From the human T2T-CHM13v2.0 reference genome, Homo sapiens, in assembly GCF_009914755.1 (NCBI RefSeq), contig NC_060945.1: a stretch of 64,000 nt of DNA; one strand, 5' to 3'. A program made the translations under genes and the position numbers. The stretch's first letter is position 1. Every line of letters begins with the position of its first letter. The notes below the pieces were generated by a model that searched no databases, had not been told where the DNA came from, and worked only from the letters and a program-made list of their open reading frames with translations. Below, one piece after another: positions 40,397 through 52,800 of the stretch.

Positions 40397-42238
40397 TTGA
40401 TGCCTTAGACCTCCCAGAACATGACATGTTTCTCAGAATGTGGCTGATGTCCAGGGCCATCTGTGGATGTTTCTGGGGACTTCTAGCTGATTTCCTTTAT
40501 GGTCTGTAGGGCACGGCCAAGAGGAGAAACCAGCCCAACCTCAGAATGGACAAAAGGCTCACTGCCCCAATGGCAACCACCAAACTGTCAGCAGTGCTTC
40601 TGAAAGGAAAGGTTTCATTCTGCAGAAAGCTCCTTGTTTGGCTTCTTTCTGATGCCAGGGAGGGGTACCAATCCCTGCATACCTGTGGTGCCTACGTTAC
40701 CATCTCTGCCTAGGATGTGCAATGGGCCCCTGCTCTCACTGCGGGGTTGACGTTACCTCCAGCTGGAGACCTGGGCTCCTGACACCGCCTGGCCTCTTTG
40801 TCCTTCTCTGGATGAGGGTGGAAAGGCTGTACCTGGTATTTCCCTAGGTCCTTGGTTTCCACCTTCTAAACATCCAGCAGGAGTGACCATGCCCAGCACC
40901 ACACCTGAAGTGGGACTCCCTTGTGGAGCAGCCAAGAAATCTACAGATGGAAGAATGCTCTGGTGAGATAAGCCACAGGGGTCCCTGGGGAGGATCTGGG
41001 GCCAGAGGATTCTGGAGGTTTCCAGCCTTGGGCTCTGTGGGAACTATGATCTGGAGATATTTTTTTCATTTAGGTCACCAAGAGACAACCCCTAACCCCT
41101 GAGCAAGGCATGGTCAAGCTCTGGCATGAGATTCTCTTCCAGCAATGCAATGCTTGCAGAGACAGGTACAAAAGCTGGTGACCAGGCCTGCTGTCCCCCA
41201 GGTAAGGACAGTGTGCTACCCACCCTCTGAGAGGTGGTGCCAGTCCACAGCACTGGGTGCCTGTACCCCTGGCTCTGCAGATACCGGTCATGGAAGTCCC
41301 ATGGAGGTCCTCCCCTCTCCACATTACCTTCTTGCTGCTTCTAGACTTCTTCTAGTCATTAAGCATGTTGAGCCATTTTTCTGTGCATCCGATCTGACAT
41401 TTTTGCTCTCAGATGAAACACGACAAAGTAAGCTGAGCCACCAGGATTCCTGGAGGGAACCTTGGATGCTTGGTCTTGGGCTCCAGGGCACTGATGGGAG
41501 GGAGCCAGGGAAGAACAAACACTGGGGCTGAGCCCCTATGACCCAATGGGAACTTGTGGCCTGTCCTTATGGCCCCAAGACACCCTGTCCTCAGGCCACA
41601 GGCACCACGGGCTTTGGTCAGATCCCAGCCTCCCAGTAGTGTCCCGGCACTAGTGGGTGCTGACCCCTGAGCCACAACCACAGTTCTGGGTTTGGGGTAT
41701 GGTAAAACCACCCCAGGGACAGAGTTCTGGGGCCGGGTTTGGGAGGAACCAAGGCACCTCCCAGGGATGGTGTGTCACTCCTACTTGCCATGAAATGTGC
41801 ACAAAGGCTGTCCTCCTGCCCATCCCATCCTGCTGGACAGGATGGAGGAAGTGAGGGAACAGGCAGCGTGGACAGCTAGGGTGCAGGGAGAGGCAGGTGC
41901 ATGCTGGGAGGTCAGGCCCTGTGAGGGCTGTGGGGGCATCAGGTGGAGTGGGCTTCAGGTACACCCTCAGTGCAATGGGCAGGTCTCAGGCCAGGCTTCC
42001 TGGACCCCGGCTGGGTGATGTGGTCACTCCCTGGGGGACTACTGTCAGACCCTGGCCACGCACCCTGGGCAGCACTGTCCCATCCCAGGACTGGATTTTC
42101 TGAGTCCTCAGACAGGAAAACACTGCCCAGGCCTGACAGACTGGGAAGACCTCTTAAGTCCTCCATCCCTAGACCAGCCTCCCAACAGCAGGGACAGTCT
42201 CCTACCTTTACCTTCAGGGCACTGACTGATCCATCTCA
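40397..42238 (-). pseudogene. Four fossil exons of a TBC1D3/TBC1D26/USP6(NL)-family RabGAP N-terminus (42238-42206, 41405-41328, 40940-40833, 40503-40397)
   Basis: AG...GT-flanked exons of 33, 78, 108 and 107 nt translating (some with frameshifts) EMD..SALKVK / QKCQIGCTEKWLNMLND*KKSRSSKK / ISWLLHKGVPLQVWCWAWSLLLDV*KVETKDLGKYQ / TIKEIS*KSPE..MALDISHILRN(HVMFW)..GIK, comparable to TBC1D26/TBC1D3 exons (recalled sizes 40/81/108/110). Confidence 0.8.
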
Positions 42239-42800
42239 CTCTAAGGCAACCAAGGCAGAGCTGAGGACCTGTGCCAGGCTGGAAGCCAGTCCCCTCCCTA
42301 AATAGGCCTTAGGGAAGCCTCATCCCTGTCCCAGTGCACTGCAAGTTTCAGCCCAGGAGACACATAGGGAAGGGAGGATGGGGCCTCCCCACTGGCTGAC
42401 CCTGGAAAAGCGGGACCTGGGAGAAGAGGGAGTGCAGGGCTGGCAGGGGATTCTCCAGGCCCATGGAGAGCTCAGTCTGCACCATGGGGCTGCCCCTCCT
42501 GGGCTGGAGGCTGTGCCCTCTGCAGGATCTGAGGAAGTGCAGTCCTGAGATGGGACAGTGCTACCCAGGTTGGGTAGCCAGAGCCTGACAATAGTCCCCC
42601 AGCAAATGACCACATCACCCAGCCAGGGTCCAGGGAGCCTGGGCCAAGACCTGCCCAGTGCACTGACGGTGCACCTGGAGCCCAGTCCACCTGATGCCCC
42701 AACAGCCCTCACTGGGTCTGACCTCCCAGCATGCACATGTCTCTCCCTGAAACTCAGCTGCCCACCCTGCCTGTTCCCTGGCCTCCTCCATCCTGTGCAG
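41832..42800. repeat. ~270-bp diverged inverted repeat (arms ~41832-42098 and ~42534-42800)
   Basis: caggatggaggaagtgagggaacaggcag...gcactgtcccatcccaggactg on + matches the reverse complement of 42534-42800. Confidence 0.9.
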
Positions 42801-42989
42801 CCCATAGACTGTGACCATCTCTCTGGCCACTCTGGTACTTCCTTTACTTTTGTCCTGTCAGAATCCCTGAGCAAGATCTCCCAGGTCCATCCAAACACCT
42901 GCTTTGTCCACTTTTGACTGGGCCATTGAACACCACTGGGCCATCCCAGCTGTCCACAGGGTCCTCGATAACATGCATTTCTCCTGACA

Positions 42990-43867
42990 TCTCCCTGCAG
43001 TGCTCAGCAGCCCCCACTGACCAGGTCCCTGCTGACCAGATCCAGCATATCAGATCCTCCCTGACCACACCCTCACTGACTAGACCCCCATCACCAGGCC
43101 TCACTAACTAGATTCCCGCTGACAGGCCCACAATGACCAGGACTCCACTGATGAGGACCTTACTGATAAGTCCTCACTTGTAAGGCCTCACTGACCAGGT
43201 CCTTACTGACAAGGCCTCGCTGATCAGGTTCCACCGATAATGACCCCATTGCCTGGTCCCACAGATGAAGCCCCACTGAGCAGGCCTCCAGGGAATAGGC
43301 TGCCAGTGACCAGGCTCCTACTAACCACGCCTGAGGTGACCAGATGCCCCTGACTGGGACTCTAATGAGTATGCCCCACTGAACAGGCATGCACTGCTCA
43401 GATCCCCGCTGACCTGGTCACCCCGTAGACCAGTGCTACAAAAGCCACCACTGATCAAGTCCTCTCTGACCAGGCCCCCACTGATTAGGTTCCACTGAGC
43501 AGCCTGCCCTGACCAGGGCCCCACTGACAAGCGCCTCTGCTGACTAGGTCCCATGTGGCCAGGCCTCCACTGAATAACACCCCTTGACCTGGTCACCAGT
43601 AACCCAGCCCAATCAGACAAGGCCACAACTAAGCCCCAGCTGACAAGGTCTCCACTGACCAAGTCCCACAGCCCAGGTTGGCATTGACCAGACACCAAAC
43701 ATTTGTCTGCCACTAGGAACCCACTCACCAAGAGCTGCACTACTAGATCCCTCTAATGAGACCCTCTCTAGGCAGACACCTGCTGACCACCCCCCACTAA
43801 ATAGGCCTCACTGACAAAGTCCCAACTGACTAGGTCCCCTGAGCAGGCCTACACTGATCAGGCCCCT
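42990..43867. repeat. Degenerate ~15-bp minisatellite, consensus ~AGGCCCCACTGACC(A)
   Basis: Recurrent cactgacc(a/t)gg core with ~15-nt spacing. Confidence 0.8.
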
Positions 43868-46800
43868 CCTAACCATATCAGAAGGCCAAGCGGCAATGAG
43901 ATGTTTCATATGGCAGGAGTAGGAGCAAGACAGAGAGAGGAAAGAGGTGTGACATCCTGTTAGACAACCAGATCACATAAGAACTCACCATCAGGACATC
44001 GGCATCAAGAAAACTAACCAATGGTGAAGGATCCTCCACCCACACCACCGCCCACTGTTTCCAGGCAGAAGCCTCCTGCAGAAGCAGAACCTCTTAGGAA
44101 ACATCCACTATGGCAGTGCAGAAGGAAAATATAGGCTTTGAGCCCCCACACAGGAGGCCACCTTCCTCCAGACTCCAGGTTCATAAGCCCACCAACAGCT
44201 CACACCCTCAGTATGGAAAAGCTACAGGCACTCGACACCAACCCAGCCCATGAGAGCAGCCATGGGGGCAACACCCTGCAAAGCCAGAGATGCACTGTCC
44301 TAGTAGAGGTTTCCCATGAGCCTCTGCCTCTGCAGCAAGTTACTCCCACCCTCCCACCACCCTACTGACGACCTACTCCTCCCCACACTACTCCTCCTTT
44401 TCCTTCCACCCCAACCCCCTCCCATCCAAGATTAAATCACCTCCCACCTGGCACACCTCCGACATTAAGGATGACACGTGAGTTTTACAGGGACACACAG
44501 CCAACCCATATTATTCTGACCCTGATACCCCAGAACCTCATGTCCTTCTCACAGAGCAAAACACAATCATGCCTTTTCAAAAGTTTCCAAAAGTCTTAAC
44601 TCATTCCAAATGTAAAAATTTCAAAGTCTCATCTGAGACAAGGTTACAATCCCTTCTGCCAATGAGTCCCTGAATTTAAAAGGGATTTCTTTTCCTTCAA
44701 GGTACAATAGGCATTGGGTAAGTTTTCTCAATCCAAAGGGAAGAAATTCCCCAGAAAAATAACACAAATGCAAGTCCAAACCCCAGCAGGACAGTATTCA
44801 TTCAATACAGTATCTCACAGCTCTGTAATCATCAAGAGAACTCACTATCATGCAGACAGCATTAAGGAGACAGTGTTAAACAATTTATGAAGAATCCAAT
44901 CCCCACCCTCATCTTTCACACCCATCCACAAAATAATCTCCACCATTCTCCCCACACCCCTACCTCCAACACCCACTCTTCGCCATGATTAAATCACCTC
45001 CCACCAGGCCCCACCTTTAACTTTCACCATCACAATTCCATGAGAGTATTGGTAGGGACAAAAAGTCAAATCATATTATTCTGACATGGGTCCCCCCCAA
45101 TCTCATATCCTTGTCACACTACAAAATACAATGATGCCTTCTGTACAGTCCCCCAAATTCTTAACTCATTCCAGCATTTACTGAAATGCCCAAAGCCCAG
45201 AGTCTCATCTGAGGCAAGTCTACAGTCCCTTCTGCTCATGAGCCACTGAATTACATATAAAGCAAGTTTACTACTTCCAAGGTGCAATGATTGTACAGGC
45301 GTTGGGTAAGCATTCCCAGCCAAAAGGAAAAAAATTGCCAGAAAGAAGCACAAAAAACAGATGGGGCTTACAGACCCCATGCAAGTCAAAAACCCAGCAG
45401 GCCAGTCATTGAATCCTACAGCTCCCAAATCATATTTTCTGAATCTGTATCCCACATCTGGAGCACAGGGGTGGATAGCTGGGCTCCCAAGGCCTTGGGC
45501 AGCTCAGCATCTGTGACTGTGCAGGGTCTATCCCCCACAGGTGACCTCATGGGCTGGGCTGGTGTTGAGTGCCTGTGGCTTTTCCACACTGAGGGTGCCA
45601 GCAGTTGGCGGGTCTATGAATCTGGGGTCTGGAAAATGGTGCATTCCTGTGTGGGCGCTACAACCCTATATGTTCCTTCTGTACTGCCCTAGTAAATGTT
45701 TCCCATGAGGCTCTGCCTCTTGGAAAAGCTGCTGTCTCAACACCCAGGTTTTCCCATACATACTCTGGAGTCTAGACAAAGGCTCCCAAGCCTCTAGTTT
45801 TGTGCTCTGTGCACCTGCTGGCTTAGTACTATGTGGAAGCCACCAAGGTTTGAAGCTTGCACCCCTGAAGCAGTGATGCAAGCTGTACCTGTGCATCTTT
45901 CAGCCGTGACTGGAGCTGGAGCTGGAGCTGGAGCTGCAGGGATGCAGGCAGCAGTGTCCTGAGGATGAACACAGCAACGCGACCATGGGACTCACCCAGG
46001 AAAGCATTCTTGGGTCCTAGAACTCGGGGCCTGTGACAGCAAGCTCTGCTGCAAAGGTCTCTGAAATGGCTTCAAGACCTTTTAACCTTGTCTTAGCTAT
46101 TAGCACTGGGCTCCATTTTATGCAAATTTCTGAAGCCTTCTTGAATTTTCCCACTGAAAATCAGCTTTGCTTTTTGACCACTTGGCCAGGCTGCAAATTT
46201 TCCAAACTTTTAAGTCCTGCTTCTCATTTAAATATAACTTTCAACTTGAGGTCATTTATTCAGTCACAGAGAAGACCACAGGCTGTTCAAAACAGACAAG
46301 ACACCTCTTGCGCTTTGCTGCCTACTTCATTTCACCAGATATACCCTAAATTATCACTCTCAAGTTCAAAGTTTCAGAGGTCTCCAGGGCAGGAACACCA
46401 TCCAGCCAAGTTCTTTGCTAAGGCAAAACAAAAGTAACCTTAACTCCTGTTCCCAGTAAGTTGCTCATTTTCATCTGAGACCTTCTAAGTCTGGCCTTCA
46501 CTGTCCATCCTTCAGTCACTCTTTTAATTATAGCTATGTAACAAGTCTCTATGGTCACCGTTTTAATTTAACACATCTCTACAATAGTCCAAATTTTCCC
46601 TCATCTTTCTGTCTTCTTCCAAGCCCCCCAAACTGTGCAGCATCTGGTCGTTACCCACGTCTGAACCTGCTTCTACATTTTCAGCTACCGTTGTGGCAGC
46701 CTGGCAATGTGGTAAAAGAAGAAAAGTCCATTTTCAGGGGGAAAATTCAAGAAGCCTTCAGATATTTGCATATAGAAGAAGCCAAATGCTAATAGTAAAA

Positions 46801-49800
46801 AAAAAAAAGATGAAGAAACCTTGAGGGCATTTCATAGCTCCACTTTACAGTACAAATTTTCTGTAGTATTATTTTTAAAAGAGGTTTAACTGGCTCATGT
46901 TTCTGCAGGCTGTAAAGGCAGCAAGTGGCTTCTGCTTCTGGGAGGACTCAGGAAGCCTCCCAATCATACCAAAAGGCCAAGTGACAATGAGATGTTCCAT
47001 ATGGCAGGAGTAAGAAGAAGATACAGAGAAGAAAGAGGTGCCACACCCGGTTATACAACCAGATCTCATGAGAACTCACTATCAGAAGATCAGCCTCAGG
47101 AAGATTAACCAATGGTGAAGGATCCGCCCGCACCACCCCTCGCTGTTTCCAGGCGGAAGCCTCCTGCAGAGGCAGAACCTCTTGGAGAACCTCTACCAGC
47201 GCAGTGCAGAAGGAAAATATGAGCTTGTAGCCCCCACACAGGAGGCCACCATCCTCCAGACAGGAGATTGATAAACCCACCAACAGCTTGCACTCTCTGC
47301 GTGGAAAAGCTACAGGCACTCAACACCAGCCCAGCCCATGAGAGCAGCCATGGGGGCTACACCCTGCAAAGCCACAGGTGCACTGCCCTAGTAGAGACTT
47401 TCCATGAGCCTCTGCCTCTGCAGCAGGCTACTTCCCCCTCCTACTACCCACCACCCTATCACCACCCTACTAACAACGTACTCCTCACCCTACCAACCCC
47501 TTTTCCTTCCACCCCCGGCCCCCGAACATCCATGATTAAATCACCTCCAGCCAGGCCCCACCTCCAATATTAAGGATTACAATTCACATGAGTTTTGGTA
47601 AAGAAACACAGCCAAATCATATTATTCTGACCCTGATCCCCACAGTCTCATGTCCTTCTCACAGAGAAAAATATATTCATGCCTTTTCAAAAGTTTCCAG
47701 AAGTCTTAACTCATTCCAACATTAACTCAAATGTAAAAAAATCAACATCTCATCTGAGACAAGTCTACAGTACCTTTTGCCTATGAGTCCCTGAATTTAA
47801 AAGGATGTTCTTTTCTTTCAAGGTACAATAATGGTACAGGCTTTGGGTAAGATTTTTCAATCCAAAGGGAAGAAATTTCCCAGGAAGAAAACACAAATGG
47901 GACCACAGGCCCAATACAAGTCCAAAACCCAGAAGGCCAGTATCCATTCAATCTTACAGCTCCAAAATCATGAAGAGAACTCACTATCACAAGGACAGCA
48001 ATAAGGAGAGTGTTTAATCATTTGTGAAGCATCCGTCCCCCACCCCCAATTTTCACTGCTCACCCGCACCATAAATCCCCCAGTCTCCCTAAGCCCCATC
48101 TTCCAACCCCCACCCTCCACCGTGATTAAATCACCTTCCTCCAGGCCCCACCTTTAACATTCCGATGACAATTCCACATGAGTTTTGGTAGAGACACAGA
48201 GCTGAATTTTATTATTCTGTCCCTGGCTCCCCAAATCTCATGTCCTTCTCACATTGCAAAATACAATGATGCCTTCCCTACAGTCCCCCAAAATCTTATA
48301 TCATTACAGTATTTATACAAATGTTGAAAGCTTAAAGTCTCATCTGACACAAGGCTACAGTTTCTTAGGCCCATGAGCCTCTGAAATATAACGCAAGTTA
48401 ACTACTTCCAAGGTACAATGCTTGTACAGGCATTGGGTAAGCATTCCCAGCCAAAAGGAAGAACGTTGCCGGAAAAAAACAAAACACAGATAGGACTTAC
48501 CGGCCCCATGAAACTACAAACCCAGAAGGCCAGTCATTCCATCCTACAGTTCCAAAATCACCCTTTTTGAAACCTTGTCCCACATCCAGGGCACAGGGGT
48601 GTGAGGGCTGGGCTTCCAAGGCCTTGGGCAGCTTGGCACCTGTGGCTTTGCAGGGTTTATGCCCCACAGCTGGCCTCATGGGCTCGGCTGGTGTTGAGTG
48701 CCTGTGACTTTTCCTCACTGAGAATACAAGTTGTTGGGGGGTCTATGAATCTGGGGTCTGCATGATGGTGGCCTCCAGTGTGGGGGCTCCAACCCCATGT
48801 TTTCCTTCTGCACTGCCCTAGTAGAAGTTTCATATAAGGCTCTGCCTTTTTGGGGTGCTTTTGCCTGGACACCCAGGCATTTCCATACATCTTCCAAAAT
48901 CTATAGAGAGGTTCCGAAGCCTCTAGTCTCATGCTCCGTCCGCCAGTGGCTTAACACTATGAGGAATTTACCAAGGCTTCTAGCCAGCACCCTCTGTAGC
49001 AGTGACCCAAGCTGTAGCTGTGCATCTTTCAATCATGGCTGGAGCTGGAGCTGGAGCTGGAGATGGAGCTGGAGATGGAGCTGCAGGGATGCAGGCAGCA
49101 GTGTCCTGAGGCTCCACACAGAGGGGGTCATGGAACTGGCCCAGGAAACTGTTCTTCTCTCCTAGGCCCCAGGGCCTGTAACAACAAGGGCTGCTGCAAA
49201 GGTCTCTGAAATGCCTTCAAGGCCTTTTCCCTATTGTCTTGTCTATTAGCACTGGGCTCCTTTTCATGCAAGTTTCCGAAGCCTTCCTCAATTTTCCCCC
49301 TGAAAATCAGCTTTTCTTTTGGACCACATGGCCAGGCCGCAAATTTTCCAAACTTTTGAGTTCTGTTTCTCATGTAATGTAAGAGTTGGGACTCATTTAA
49401 TGTAAGTCTCATCCAGAGGTCATTTCCTCCATCCCACATAAGAGCACAGGCTGTTCAATGGAAACAGGACAACTCTTGAGCTTTGCTGCTCAGTTCATTC
49501 CACCAGATACTCAGTAAATCATCACCCTCAAGTTCAAAGTTTCACAGATCTCCAGGGCGAGGTCACCGTGCAGCCACGTTCTTTGCTAAGGAAACAAAAG
49601 TAACTTTGACTTCTGTTCCCAGTAAGTGCTTCATTTTCATCTGAGACCTTCTAAGTCGGGCTTTCACTGACCATTTTCCTGTGAGCCTTCTGATCACAAA
49701 TGTTTAACAATTCTTTACAAAGATCCAAACTTTCATTCATCTTCTTGTCTTCGAAGCCCTCCAAACTCTTCCGACCTCTGTATGCTACTCCCTTCTGAAC

Positions 49801-52800
49801 CTGCTTCTACATTATCACTATCTTTGCCACAGCCTGGCAATGTGGTAAAGGAAAACAAGTCCATTTTCAGGGGGAAAATTCATGAAGCCTTCACATACTT
49901 GAATGAAAAGAAGCTGAGTGCTGATTGCCACGACAATGACATTTAATAGTTCCACTTTGCACTACTAATTTTCTCTATGATCATAAAGAAAAGAGGTTTA
50001 ATTGGCTCATGATTCTGCAGGCTGTAAGGAAACACAGTGGCTTCTGAATCTGGGAGGACTCAGGATGCCTCCCAATCATACCAGAATGTCCAGGGGCAAT
50101 GAGATGATTCATGTGGCAGGAGTAGGCACAAGACAGAGAGGAAAGAGGGCCACACCCTATTATACAACCAAATCTTATGTGAACTCACTATTACAAGGTC
50201 AGCATCATGAAGATGGTGCTTAAACATTGATGAAGGAACAACCACCCACACCCAACTCCCACTGTTTCCAAACAGAAGCCTGCTGCACAGGCAGAGCCTC
50301 TTGGAAAACCTGTACTAGGGCAGTGTGGAAGGAAAATATGAGCTTGGAGCCCCCACAGAGATGGCCACCACCCTCCAGACCCCAGATTCACAGACCCATC
50401 AGCAGCTCACACCCTCTGTGGAAAAGCTACAGGTTTTTCCAAACCTCAACACCAACCCAGCCCATGAAAGCATCTGCAGGGGCTCAACCCTGCAAAGCCA
50501 CAGGTGGATTGCCCTAGTAGAGGTTTTCCATGAGGCTTTGCCTCAGCAGCAGGCTACTCCCCCTTCCTACTACCCCCAACCCTCCCACCATTCTACTGCC
50601 AGCCTACTCCTCCCCACCCCAACCAACCATTTTGTGATACCCTACCTTGTTTTAACCTGATCGACTCTCCCTTAGCTGAGGGAGCCAGGCAGACTCCATC
50701 TTGGCTGTTTCACTTGCAGCCCCTTACACACATCCCTTCCTCAAGGACATAACTTGTGCAAGCTGACTCCCAGCACATCAACGAATGCAATTACTGACAA
50801 GATACTGTGGCAAGCTATATCCACAGTTCCCAGGAATTCACCCCGTTGATGGTACCTAAAACCCCCGCATTTCTGTCCAGTTGATAGCACCCAAAGCCCC
50901 CACCTCTATCACCTTTTGATGGATTTAAAGTCCCTGCACCTGGAACTGTTTGTTTTCCTGTAGCCATTTACCTTTTTAACTTTTTTGCCTGTTTTGCTTC
51001 TGTAAGATTGCTTCAACGAGGCCTCCCCTCCCCTTTCTAAACCAAAGTATAAAAGAAAATCTAGCCCCTTCTTCCGGGCCGAGAGAATTTTGAGCACTAG
51101 CGCTCTCTCAGTCGCTGGCAATAAAGGTCTCCTGAAGTCGTCTCATAGTGTGGCGTTTCTCTACCACTCGCTTGGTTACAACCCTTTTCCTTCCACCCCC
51201 CAACCCACCTCCAATCCATGATTAAATCATCGCCCCCAGGCCCCACTTTCAACATTTGGAATTACAATTCCACCTGAATTTTTTTAGGGACTCACAGCCA
51301 AACCATATTATTCTTACCCTGATATCCCAGAATCTCATGTCCTTATCACAGAGCAAAATACAATCATGCCTTTTCAAAAGTTCCAATAGCCTTAACTAAT
51401 TCCAAGTGTAAAAAGTTCAAAGTCTCATCTGAGACAAGGCTACTGCCCCTTCTGCCTATGAGTCCCTGAATTTAAAAGAGATTTCTTTTCTTTCAAGGTA
51501 CAATGATGGTAGAGGTATTGTGTAAGCTTTCTCAATCCAAAGGGAAGAAATTTCCCAGAAAAATAACACAAATGGGCCCACAGGCCCAGTGCAAGTCCAA
51601 AACCCAGCAGGACAGTATTCACTCAATCTCACAGCTCAAAAATCATTAAGAGAACTCATCGTCATGCGGAAAGCATTAAGGAGACAGTGTTTACCCATTT
51701 GTGAAGAATCTGTTCCCCCGCCCTCATCTTTCACTCCCATCCACAAAATAATCTCTCCCGTTCTCCCCACACCCCTACCTCCAACACCCACTCTTCTCCA
51801 TGATTAAATCACCTCCCACCAGTTCCCACCTTTAACATTCCCCCCTAAAATTCCACATGAATATTGGTAGAGACACAAATTCAAATCATATCATTCTGGC
51901 TCTTGCTCCCCAAATCTTGTATCCTTGTCACACTGCAAAATACATTGATGACTTCTTTACTGTCCCCCAAAGACTTAACTCATTCCAGCATTTACTAAAA
52001 TGTACAAGGACTTACAGACCCCATGCAAGTCAAAAACCCAGCAGGCCAGTCATTGAATCCTACAGCTCCAAATCATCTTTTCTGAATGGACATCTCTCAT
52101 CCGATCACAGGAGTGTCATGGCTGGGCTCCCAAGGCCTTGGGCAGCTCTGCACCTGTGGCTGTGCACGGTCTATCCCCCACAGCTGCCCTCATGGGCTGG
52201 GCTGGTGTTGAGTGCCTGTAGCTTTTCCAAACTAAGGTTGGAAAAGCCAGCTGTTGGTGGGTCTATGAATCTGGGGTCTGGAGAATGGTGCCTCCATATT
52301 TAGGGACCCCAGCCCTATATTATCCTTCTGTACTGCCCTAGTAAAGGTTTCCCATGAGGCTCTGCCTCTTGGAAAAGCTTCTACCTGAAAACCCAGGTTT
52401 TTCCGTAGATACTCTGGAGTCTAGACAAAGGCTCCCAAGCCTCTAGTTTTGTTCTCTGTGCACCTGCTGGCTTAACACTATGTGGAAGCCACCAAGGCTT
52501 GAAGCTTACACCCCTGAAGCGTGATGCAAGCTGTACCTGTGCATCTTTCAGCCATGGCTGGAACTAGAGCTGCAGGGATGCAGGCAGCAGTGTCTTGAGA
52601 CTGCACATAGAGGGGGGTCATGGAACTGGCCTAGGAAACCATTCTTCTCTCCGAGGCCCCAGGGCCTATGATAGCAAGGGCTGCTGCAAAGGTTTCTGAA
52701 ATGGCTTCAAGGCCTTTTCCCTATTGTCTTGGCTATTAGCACTGGGCTCCTTTTCATGCAAATTTCTAAAGCCTTCCTCAGTTTTCCCCTGAAAATCAGC

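Noticed and set aside
41040-41155. Additional TBC exon (LHCWKRIS...MKKISPD)
   Set aside because: Weak similarity and no GT donor; the 40833-40940 exon fills this position with the expected size and motifs.
42990-43867. CRISPR-like array
   Set aside because: No identical repeats with unique spacers; eukaryotic degenerate minisatellite.
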